A DNA stretch of 64,000 bases. It comes from Azolla caroliniana. Lineage: Eukaryota > Plantae > Polypodiophyta. The stretch covers positions 2,914,001 to 2,978,000 of the forward strand of contig JBHGNT010000020.1 of NCBI GenBank assembly GCA_043228905.1, given 5' to 3'. A program made the translations under genes and the position numbers. Of this stretch, positions 13,501 through 24,486 are shown piece after piece. Position 1 is the first letter of the stretch; each line of letters begins with the position of its first letter. Below the pieces are notes generated by a model that was not told the origin of the DNA, did no database searches, and saw nothing but the letters and a program-made list of their open reading frames with translations.

Positions 13501-16243
13501 CGAGGAGACGGCTTACGCGCAAAGAGAAAGGGAAGAAGAAGGTGTCGGATTCTGGCACGGATAGGAACGAGTCAGACCGACGTGAGTCCGACTCCGAGGG
13601 AACCGGTGACGGGTCTTTAAAAGTGAAGTCCTCGTCAGCCGAGAAGGCCTCGACATCGGCTAATGCGAGATTACGCCGATCTACCCGCCAGAAGAACCTT
13701 GTTTTGCGGTTCGGATACAACGAGTACATGGCGCATCATTATGCGTACATGACCCGTTTAGCGGAAGTGCGTGAGTCGGAGAGCTACGCAGAAGCGGTTA
13801 AAGACGCGACTTGGCGTGCCGCGATGGAGGAAGAGATGCACGCATTGGCGGAGAACGAGAGCTGGGACCTGGTTGATGCACCAAGAGGGGTAAAACCGAT
13901 CGGGTGTAGGTGGGTGTACAAGGTCATGTACAACACCGATGGCTCGATCAACCGGTACAAGGCTCGGCTAGTGGCAAAGGGCTACGCGCAGAAACACGGC
14001 ATCGACTACGATGAGACGTTTGCGCCGGTCGCGAAAATGACGACCGTCCATGTTTTGCTCGTAGTAGCCGCGACCAAGGGGTGGCACCTACATCAAATGG
14101 ATGTAAAGAATGCGTTCCTGCAAGGTGACCTTGAGGAACAGGTGTACATGGTACAGCCCCCCGGATTTCACTCCGGAACGAATTCCTCGGCAGTATGCCG
14201 ACTGAAGAAGTCCCTTTACGGACTGAAGCAAGCCTCGCGTGCCTGGAACGCGAAGATCACGCAACAACTGCGTCGGATGGGCTTCGTCACGTCAAAATCG
14301 GACTCTTCTCTGTTCATCCGGAAAGGTCGACTCGGACCGGTTAGTATTTTACTATATGTTGATGACTTGGTCATCACCGGCGTCGACCTAGGTGAAATCG
14401 ACCGCGTGAAGCTCCAGCTTGCGGCATCGTTCGACATGAAGGATCTGGGGGACCTTCATTACTTCCTCGGGATCGAAGTGATCCGTACCCCTGAAGGCAT
14501 ATTGATCAGCCAACATCATTACGTGCTGGGTATGCTCTTCAAACTCGGGATGGCCGACTGTAAGTCCGTCTCTACTCCTCTGGACAGAACCGTCAAGCTT
14601 CGTCCCGATACGGGAAAGGTATGCGACCTGACGATGTTCCGACAAATTGTCGAAAGCCTCATATACTTGACCATCACCTGACCCGACCTCAGTTATCCAG
14701 TCGGGGTGATCAGTTAGTTCATGGCGTGACCTACCGAGGAGCACCTTCAGTGTGCGCAACGCGTACTGCGGTACCTAAGCGGCACTAAGGACCGCGGACT
14801 GCTATATCGGACCGGTGCAGCCGAGCAGTTAGTCGGCTACACCGATGCTGATTGGGCTGGCAACGCCGCCGATCGTCGATCCACGTCCGGATATGCGTTC
14901 TCCCTCGGGAGTGTCGCAATCGCGTGGAGTAGTAAGAAGCAGCCGACAGTTGCACTGTCGAGCACCGAAGCTGAGTACCGAGGAGCGGCTGTCACGACAT
15001 GCGAAGCCATATGGTTGAAGCGGCTACTTAAGGACCTGCAAGCGGAGGTGTCAGATCTGACGACGATCTACTACGATAACCTCAACAGCATCCAGCTCGC
15101 GAAGAACCCCGTTTTCCACGCACGGACCAAGCACATTGAGGTGCACTACCATTTCGTCTGTGAGCGTGTCCTTTCCGGTGAAGTCGAACTTCAGTACGTT
15201 CCGACGGATCGGCAGACTGCCGACATCTTCACCAAGCCTCTTGGTCTGGACAAGTTGCGGCAATTCTCAGGTGCGCTCGGATTGCGTCACCTCGACGTGC
15301 CAAACTTGAGGGGGAGAACAGTCCCGAACGACCAAGCAAGGCAGCAGGAAAGGAGCGGAGACCGCGACACCACCGAGTCGGTTGACTCGGTTGTCGAGTT
15401 CGACTACTTCGGATCAGCTGAAGAAGCCGAGGGCGGACCCGCGGAAAAGTTCGGAAGAGGACAAAAAGGGAGCAACCGAAGGAGAGAGCCGAAGCCAACC
15501 ACGCATGGGGAATATGACGCCACCGAGGGCGAGAAGACCGAAGACAAGTTGGAGACAACCAACTCGGACGAGAGCGAAAACCGATCGGGTGTAGCCGAGT
15601 CGGTTCGGATGTTTGATTCAGATACGCTGAATCAACCAAGGCCCAAGCGGAAGAAAAGGCAGCAGGAGAAGCGTCAACACCGCAATAGCAGAAGAGCTGA
15701 TAAGGGCCACATGAGCAGACAAGTCGACCGGAAGGGTCGAAGCGCGCGGAGTCGAACAGGTTGAGGAGCGCGAGCGAGGCATAAAGCCAGGAGGAACCGG
15801 AGTTGTGAACCCGAAGATCCCGAAGAGCCTCAAGTTGAGCTTGAGGGGGAGTGTTGAGAGACAAGCTCAACATCGGCCGGATCGGCTGAAGAAGCCAAGG
15901 ACCGGATCGGTTGGGACCGATCGGTTAGGCCGAGTGCGTAAACCGGGAGGTCGTTAGGAAAGATATTCCGTGAGGAATATATTTTGGAGTTAGTGTAGGA
16001 GCTCTTAATGAGCATTGAAGTACTGTCAGTACTTCTAGGACTTGTATAAAAGTGTTCATTGAACACACATATGTATAGAGTGGTGAATAGAGATTGTGTA
16101 CTTCTGTTATATTTTTTTGTGTCTTCTCTCTCACTCTCTCTGTCTCTCCCGCGTATACCGTGTAAGCTCAAGCTCTCCATTGAACCCGAGTTTCCTTCCT
16201 TCTGTTCCATCTTCATACTTGCTTCCGCACGTTACTTTCTACA
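10549..16243 (+). mobile_element. Full-length Ty1/copia LTR retrotransposon (family A, copy 1), mutated, no TSD
   Basis: 392-bp LTRs at 10549-10940 and 15852-16243 (TG...CA). PBS TGGTATCAGAGC at 10941-10952. PPT TTGAGGGGGAG at 15841-15851. Domain order gag-protease-integrase-RT-RNase H. Confidence 0.95.
11011..15764 (+). pseudogene. copia gag-pol polyprotein with frameshifts and stops
   Basis: Gag (YASWSYKM, CWYCGKKGHRESEC), protease WYVDSGASNH, integrase HKRIGH..CEAC/DVWGP, RT LYVDDL, RNase [10 protein letters not shown]. Frameshifts near 11233 and 12093, stops near 12249 and 14679. Confidence 0.92.
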
Positions 16244-17292
16244 ACAATCAACAAAATTTGATGATTACGTCAAGGTGATCGTCTAGCCTCCGCATACACT
16301 ACAAATTTCCGCCTACTCGCCTCCGATGTCCCCTGGGATGACCAAGAAATTTCGTTATGGTCTACATAACAAATCTCCTTAGAGAAGCAGCTGACACAAC
16401 AACAACATGGGGAACTAGCGTTACGCATGCAATAGCTCGAAGCAACCATAGTCGCGCCTTCCCATGAAATTTGATGGAACGTGATCGCAGTTTAGAGGAT
16501 TCCTTCATTAGGTACAATTAGTCATTCAAATGCATCCTTGTGGGTTTAGTAGGCACATTGTTAAGTGGCTCAGCTTTGGCATGGTTCGCTCCGTTGTTAG
16601 AAAGGGAATCTCCTTTACTAAACAATTTTGAAGAGTTCTTAAGTGAGTTTAAAGCTATTGACAACATAAGGACAACAATCAACAAAATCTGATGATTACG
16701 TCAAGGTGATCGTCTAGCCTCCGCATACGCTGCAGATTTCTGCCTACTCGCCTCCGATGTCCCCTGGGATGACCAAGAAATTTCGTTATGGTCTACGTAA
16801 CGATGTCAAGGATTTACTCTTGACCTTCCCCGAAGAACCAAAGTCATTGACAGAAGCAATCACTCACCCGGTGAGATGCAACAAACATCTTTTTGAACGA
16901 CGTTCAAAACGTCAGTTCCAGATGCCAAGGGCAAGATCAGAGCCCACCTACGCCTGAATGGTAGCAAAACCTTTTCCAAGGGAGTCATATAATGCGGCTC
17001 TAGTGAATACTCCAACTCTGATGGAAATTGACACTGCACGTTGTCGCGGACCATTATCGGAAGAAGAAAAGCAGTGACGCCGAGCAAATCGACTATGTCT
17101 TTATTGCGGTAGACCAGGGCATATTGCAGTGAACTGTCCCCATAGGCCAAGAAGACAGGTGAACCAAATAGTCGCTAGTTCTAATTGTACTAAAGCCGAG
17201 TCTATTTCCGTAGGAATATCTGATAGTCCTAATAGTACTAATAGCCCAAATCTATCGAACAAATTTGATGTCCTTAGTCAGTTAGAAGAAGA

Positions 17293-17337
17293 GTTAAACG
17301 ACTAAGTCCAGCCAAAATAGGAGCCGTTTGGTTGGAC
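17293..17337 (+). promoter_or_regulatory. Putative -1 ribosomal frameshift signal between gag and pol
   Basis: G_TTA_AAC, a 6-nt spacer containing the gag stop, then an 11-bp stem GTCCAGCCAAA/TTTGGTTGGAC. The protease continues in the -1 frame. Confidence 0.7.
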
Positions 17338-20300
17338 AACCCTAGATCTGTGCAACCCATTACTGGTTCCATTCCCTCTAAGCAAGTTAGCAATGTGTTC
17401 TTAGCCCAAGTAATAGTTAGTACTAAAAGTACCTCTCTAGTACATGTCTTAGCACTCCTAGATTTCGGAGGTAATTCTTGTTTCATGGATAGGAATTTTC
17501 CCCAAGCCCATTAGATATCCCTAATAAAACTCCCGTGTCCAGCCTCTGTAGTAGTCATTAATGGTTGTCCCATTGCTTCCGGAAATATCATAGAAGAGTC
17601 AGAGCCTGTTAATATTGTTCTAGATAATTTAGCGTGTGTAGTATCCTTTAATATAATTAGTATCCCCGAACATCCCATTGTTTTGGGATTACCATGGTTC
17701 GAATTACATAACCCAGACATAGATTGGAGAACAAGAGAAATCCAGTATTGACAAACCCGAGGATCTACTCATAAGATTGCAACCATTTCTCTACATTAGT
17801 TGCGTGAGGAAGGATGCAAGGAAGTAATGTTTCTCTTCGCAATATCAGTAAAACCCTCCAACACCACTAAAGAGTCCACCATTCAACTTCAAGAGAAGTA
17901 TCGTCATTATGCGGATGTGTTCGATAAAGTACAAGCTAATACGCTTCCTCACCATCGACCGTATGATTGCCCCATCGATTTACAACGGGGATAAGAGCCA
18001 ACATGGGGACCGATCTACAATTTGTCAGCAACCGAGCTAGAATTCCTTCGAGCCTATATAGAGGAGAATTTGGCAAATGGTTTCATTCGACATTCAAAAT
18101 CTCTAGCCGGCGCACCCATTTTCTTCGTCAAGAAAAAGGACAGATGACTTCGTCTCGTCGTAGATTATTGTGGCTTCAATAAGGTCACCATCAGGAATAG
18201 GTACACACTTCCCCTTATCTCAAGTCTTTTAGAACGGATCAATGGTGCAAGGTTCTTCACAAAGATCGACTTACGAGGAGCATATAACCTCGTACGTATC
18301 CGACCAGGAGATGAATGGAAGACCATGTTTCGCACCAGATATGGGCACTTCGAGTATATTGTCATGCCGTTTGGCCTCACTAATGCGCCAACAGTCTTCC
18401 AACACATGGCAAATGATATATTCCGAGATTTCTTGGATGTTTGTTGGATCATCTATTTGGATGATCTATTGGTTTATTCGAAGACCCAAGAAGAGCATGA
18501 TTTTCATGTGCTGTTAGTACTAAAACGACTTTGAGAACATGATCTTTATGCAAAGCTGGAAAAATGTAGTTTCAAGTGCAACTAGGTAGAATTTTTGGGC
18601 TATGTCATTTCTTCGGAAGGCATCTCCATGGATCCATCTAAGGTCAAAATGGTGGTAGAGTGGTAGACTCTGCGTTCGTTGCGAGATGTGCAATGCTTTT
18701 TAGGCTTTGCCAATTTCTACTGCAAGTTTATACACGATTACTCAAAGCTTGTTCTGCCTCTCACATAGTTCACGAGGAAGGGACAATTGTTCATTTGGTA
18801 TGAAGAAGCAGACATGGCTTTTGAGAGTCTTAAGAAGGCATTTACATCAGCTCCTATTCTGGCTCATGTTGATCCCGAAAAACCATTCATCATCGAAGCA
18901 GATGCGTCGGATTTTGCATTGGGTAACATTCTGTCACAACAAGGCGATGATGAAAAGCTACATCTTGTGGCTTTCCACTCACGCAAGTTTGACGCTGCCG
19001 AAATCAACTATGAAATTCACGATAAAGAGCTATTAGCAATAGTGGACTCTTTTACTCAATGGAGGCATTTTCTAGATGGATCTTCTCAGCAAGTCACCGT
19101 ATTCAGTGATCACAAAAATCTTGCCTACTTCTAGAATGCTCGTGTATTAAATCGACGTCAAGCTCGGTGAACCCAATTCCTCACTCGTTTCCACTTCAAA
19201 TTACATATCATCCTGGGAAGTAGCAAGGGAAAGCAGATGCGTTATCGCGACGCTCGTATCTAGCACCGCGTCCCGGTGAGCCAGCATTCGATAACCAAAA
19301 GCAAGTAATCATGGGACCGGCATGACTGCAAGCAACGCGGGTTTTCAATATGCCATTGGATTCCCACATTATCGATACCATATGTGAGGACTTGAAGACA
19401 AATTCTTTTGCTCAAGCCATTCTAGCAAAAATTGCCAATTTCTACCACAAGTTTATACAGAATTACTCAAAGCTTGTTCTGCCTCTCACACAGCTCACGA
19501 GGAAGGGAAAATTGTTCTTTTGGTCTGAAGAAGCTGACATGGCTTTTGAGGGTCTTAAGAAGGCATTTACATCAGCTCCTATTCTAGCTCATGTTGATCC
19601 GGAAAAACCATTCATCATCGAAGCAGACGCGTCGGATTTCGCATTGGGTAGCATTCTGTCACAACAAGGCGATGATGAAAAGCTCCATCCTGTGGCTGTC
19701 CACTCACACAAGTTTGACGCCGCCGAAATCAACTATGAAATTCATGATAAGGAGCTATTAGCAACAGTGGACACTTTTATGCAATGGAGGCATTTTCTAG
19801 AGTGATCTTCTCATCAAGTCACCATATTCAGTGATCACAAAAACCTTGCTTACTTTCAGAATGCTCGTGTGTTAAATCGACGTCAAGCTCGGTGGGCCCA
19901 ATTCCTCACTCGTTTCGACTTCAAAATTATATATCATCTAGGGAAGCAACAAGGGAAGGCAGATGCATTATCACGACGCTCATATCTAGCACTGCATCCT
20001 GGTGAGCCAACTTTCGATAACCAAAAGCAAGTAATCTTGGGACCAGCACGACTGCAAGCAACGTAGGTCTTCGGAATGCACTTGGATTCCCGCGTTATCG
20101 ATACCATACATGAGAACTTGAAGACAAATGCTTTCGCCCAAGCCATTCTAGCACAAATTTATCCCTCTCGAGCATCTTGTTCACAGTTGCAACACCCAGG
20201 TATGGATTATCAACAATTCAAATGTCATGATGGATTACTATTCTTTAAGAAGCTCTTGTATGTTCCTAATGGTTCTTGTCACCTTTGAGTAGTCCAAAAT

Positions 20301-21493
20301 TGTCATGACACATAACAGTTGGGCATTTTGGTAGTATTAAAACGTTAGATTTAGTACAACGATCATTCGGGTGGTCCCATATGCGACGAATTGTCAAAGA
20401 TTATGTTCGGACATGTGATACATGTTGTAGAGCAAAGATGCCAAGACATCATCCATATGGTTTATTGGAACCATTGCCAAATCCAAGCAAGCCGTGGCAA
20501 TCCATTGCTCTAGATTTCATCACAGATCTTCCAGTTTCTAAGGGATTCGATGTGATCAGCGATAATATCATCAGCGATCGTGGACCCCAGTTAGTCTCGA
20601 AATTCTGGAGGCACCTCTTCAAAATGCTCAAGGTCACTTGTAACCTCTCATCCGGCCACCACCCACAAACAGATGGACAAGCAGAACGAACAAATCAAAC
20701 ATTGGAACAATATCTTCGGTGTTTTCTAAGCTATCACCAAGATGATTGGGCGGATATTGTCCACTTTGCCGAATTTGCGTATAATAACTCTGTCCACTCA
20801 TCGACTAAGATTACACCATTTTATGCTTATGCGGGCTATCATTCCCGGTGGTGTGTATTCGAAACTCCGAAGTTACCCACAAATCCTTCTGCAGAGGATC
20901 GTTTGGAGCGGTTACGCAAGATACAGGCGGATTTATCTACTCATTTACAACAAGCTCAACAAACACACAAGGATTATGCAGATCGTCATCGGCTTCCATC
21001 CAATTTTAACATTGGAGATCGGGTATGGCTATTACGACGACACATCCAGACTACTCGCCCATGCGATAAATTGGATTATCGGCGATTGGGTCCTTTCCAT
21101 ATTATCGAAAAAATTAATGATGTTGTTTTTCGTCTCGATCTACCTCTGCAACTACGGATACATCCGGTATTTCATAGTTCTCTTCTAGAACCCTATCGGG
21201 ACAACACTATCCCAGATCGTATCAAACCACCTCCACCTCTGATCGAACATGAAGATGGACCTGAGTACGAGGTTGCCGCCATCCTTGATTCCAAGATTGT
21301 TTGCAACAAGCTCTACTATTTAGTCAATTGGCTAGGATATAGTCCCAATGAGCATACTTGGGAACTCATAGAGAATGTGACCAATGCTCGTGGTCTTCTT
21401 GAAGACCTCCATCGTCAATATCCAGACAAATTGGGTCCTCAATCCAAAATGACTCGTGACACTCGTCGTTTTAAAGGGGGGATAGTGTCATGA
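17293..21493 (+). pseudogene. Chromovirus pol (protease-RT-RNase H-integrase-chromodomain), disrupted
   Basis: [72 protein letters not shown], and chromodomain EYEVAAILDS..YLVNWLGY..TWE. Confidence 0.9.
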
Positions 21494-21781
21494 TATGACA
21501 AGACTCAATCGAACCCATGACCTTATGTTACATGGATCGAGCTCTTGACTATATGTTGTAATACGAAGGATATTATTTTCATTTAAGTTTTACTATAAAA
21601 AATTGATGTATATTCCATATTTCTCTGGAACATTCTAGAAACTTCAAGAGTACTCCTGAGAACACTATAAAAGGAGACACAAGGCATTATTTCGAACCAA
21701 ATCAGTTCAACGCCAAACTTAACCCTCTTAGCTACTATTGTATATTCTCTTAACATAATATATACCTTTTGTTATCATCAT

Positions 21782-21827
<46 letters not shown>

Positions 21828-21916
21828 TCACTCACTCACTCACTCTTTCCTTCTCTTGAGAGTTCTACACCTCCCTTAGTACTAATTCCTTCTTTGTCTT
21901 AGTACTGTTCTTGACA
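21486..21916 (+). repeat. 3' LTR of the chromovirus
   Basis: Follows the PPT and has TGTCA...TGACA termini. Confidence 0.85.
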
Positions 21917-22091
21917 CCTCTATAGTGATCCTGTTCGGAGTCAGAGAACTCCCGTGGTTTTCCTCGATTAGGGTTTCCACATTAATATCCTGTGTCGACC
22001 CATTTCGAGTGTAAGTGCATTAATCTTTATTTCTGTTTTGTTTCTTCCATTGTGATTGAGACTTGGTTTTGGCCGAGCACTATTTACTACA
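21917..22091 (+). mobile_element. Right (U5) part of the Tork-like LTR begun at 8041
   Basis: ATAGTGATCC, CCCGTGGTTTT, GGGTTTCCAC and GGCCGAGCACTATT are shared with the other LTRs of this family. Confidence 0.75.
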
Positions 22092-22192
22092 AAGATAACG
22101 CTAACTGGATTCGGTGTAGTCGATGAAGGTGATGCTCAACATTAGGGTTTTGTGCGATCTTGGGAAGATCCAAGATACACCATCGAGGATGG

Positions 22193-22385
22193 TGTTGGGA
22201 AACATGTCCCTCCGATGGGAAGAGAAGATCCAAGTTGATGAGTATCGGCCTCGGCCGAAACCAAAATCGAGGATATAGCCAACTCGGGAGACTATATTTG
22301 TAAATAGTCGAAATGTGCCGCATGTGGGCTATGTATGTAAATAGCCATAAAGTTGTATAAGTATATATACAACTAGGGAAAACTT
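22193..22385 (+). mobile_element. Truncated Tork-like LTR (U3 part)
   Basis: TGTTGGGAAACATGTCCCTCCG start, and TATTTGTAAATAG / AACTAGGG motifs as in the family LTRs. Confidence 0.65.
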
Positions 22386-23762
22386 GAATAAGCTCCTGAA
22401 CCTAGTAGCTGTAGGAGTCTGAACCAATTCATATAGTCCTAGGTAATTTGGCCAGTGTCATCTCATTCAACATCATTAGTAGTCCCTAGCTCTTGGTCTT
22501 CCTTGGTTTGAGAACTACATAACCCAACTATTGATTGGAGAAAAAGAACTATTGAAAAGGTCACGGTACAATCCGAGTCTCTTGAAACTCCAACAAAGGA
22601 TTTGGGATCCCACACAATTTCATCAATCTCTATACATCAATTACATGAGGATGGAAGGAAAGAAGACATGTTTGTGTTTGCGGTTTTAACCGGTTTTAAC
22701 AACTCCTTCATCTAGCTCACAAGACTTGGGGGTCCAACTACCAAAGAAGTATATAGAATTCTCCGATGTGTTCGATAAGGTGAAGGCTAATAGACTACCA
22801 GAGCATTGAACATATGATTGCCCGATTGATTTGCCGCCAGGAAAAGAGCCTCCATGGGGGCCAATTTATAACCTTTCACCCACAGAGTTAGAGGTTCTTC
22901 GAGAATATATCAATGAGAACCTAGGAAATGGTTTTATCCAACATTCAAGATCTCCTGCTAGTGCACCCATCTTTTTCGTTAAGAAGAAAGATGGTACGCT
23001 TCGTATGGTCATGGATTATCGGGGCTTGAATAAAGTGACTATTTGAAACCGATATGCTCTACCATTGATCTCAAGCCTTTTGGAACGCCTCAGTGGAGCA
23101 AAATATTGTTGGCATAAAAGGGTCGACTCCTTTCACTTTGTATCCTAGTGTGAACTCGTCCAAATAGTTAGGGCTTAGTATATAAGCGATTACCTAACGT
23201 TGTAAAAAGCGATTCTTGATCATTCTTGTATAGTGTCTATGAGAGAGAGAGAACGTAATAACAAAGCTTCCATTAATTTAAGCTTAAATTGCATATATCT
23301 TGTGTCTATTCTCTTGTCTTCCTTCTATGTTGTTTGCCGAACACTACGGCATATCCTCACACATACGTTTCCATGCATATTTGCCCCTCAACTGGTATCA
23401 GAGCGATCCGCGGCTCGACGGCAACAAACAGTAGAAAAAGCTGAAAGGAAAAAAGACCATGTCTGTAAAATCTCACTTTTCAAAGAAGAACATGGCTTCA
23501 ACATCCGGAACAGGAGTTGAAATCAGAAAATTCGATGGAAAAAACTTTGCCCTATGGAAGGAAATGATGTAGGACGTGTTGATCATCAAAAGACAAGTCG
23601 AAGCCATTCAACACAATGAAAAACTTGCATCGATGGCAGCCGAAGAATGGAGATCTACAAACGAAATCGCACGCTCCACCATCTGAATGCATCTGGCCGA
23701 AAACGTCTACTTCAACATGGTAAAAGAGACGACGACGTTCTCACTGTGGGCGAAGCCACAAG

Positions 23763-24486
23763 TGTTAGGAAACAGGTCCCTCTAGATGGAAAGTGAGAAA
23801 CCGGATGTGGAGTACCCGGCTACGGAAGACCCGGTGAGAACCGGATGATGAGTACCCGGCTACGAAAGACCCCGTGAGAACCGGATGACGAGTACCCAGC
23901 AAGAGTCGGATGGTGAAGGCCCGGTGAGAACCTGATGACGAGTGCCCGGCTACGGAAGACCCGGTGAGAACCGGATGACGAGTGCCCGGCAAGCGCTGGA
24001 TGATGTAGGCCCGGTGAGGAGTGCTCACCGGATGAAGGGACATATTCGTAAATATGTTTCTAAGAGTCCATCGGGGCTATATTTGTAAATAGCCGAAAAG
24101 TCATTTTTAGTATAAATATGACTTAGGGCAAACTTAGTGATGTTGTTGTCATTCTTGTTGGCGCAAGATTAGAGCGCAACAGTGTACAGAGAAAGAGAGA
24201 GAGAGAGAGAAAGAGACGGAAGTTCGTATCTCTATTGTAACCGCCGCCTGTGGCGAAGACAGTGAACAAGAGGTCGTTGCCTCTATGTTCATCTATTGTA
24301 TATTGTTACATAGTGATAGTTAGCAGTCAGTGGATTGCCGTGGTTTTTCCCGTGTTTGGGTTTTCCACGTAAACTCCTGTGTACTCTTCTCTCCATTGTG
24401 TCGTGCATTCATTCCCGTTTTCTGTGTTTGATTCTAAGCTTGGTTGTGGCCGAGCGTTGTTCATCGGGAGCGTGCAGTTCCTGTCA
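23763..24486 (+). mobile_element. Solo LTR (Tork-like family), TSD ACAAG
   Basis: TG...CA termini with ACAAG at 23758-23762 and 24487-24491. It interrupts the host gag and has no PBS or PPT. Confidence 0.9.
23793..24035 (+). repeat. U3 minisatellite of about 39 bp in the solo LTR
   Basis: CCGGTGAGAACCGGATGACGAGTACCCGGCTACGGAAGAC variants repeated about 6 times. Confidence 0.85.

Larger units (their letters stand above)
9295..21916 (+). mobile_element. Tcn1-like Ty3/gypsy chromovirus, decayed, with a nested copia and internal duplications
   Basis: LTRs start TGTCATGATAT at 9295 and 21486, and the 3' LTR ends TGACA at 21916. PPT AAAGGGGGGATAG at 21473-21485. Domain order is gag (CLYCG..GHIAVNC), protease (LLDFGG), RT (IYLDDLL), RNase H, integrase, chromodomain. 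The end of the 5' LTR appears deleted and no clear TSD is present. Confidence 0.9.

Noticed and set aside
9290-21921. TSD for the first chromovirus (TTAGT candidate)
   Set aside because: TTAGT on the right lies inside the TGACA-terminated LTR, and the outer flank is CCTCT. The TSD is unresolved.
23793-24035. CRISPR-like appearance of short repeats (also 8102-9245 and 1247-1850)
   Set aside because: There are no unique spacers and no cas genes, and the context is eukaryotic.
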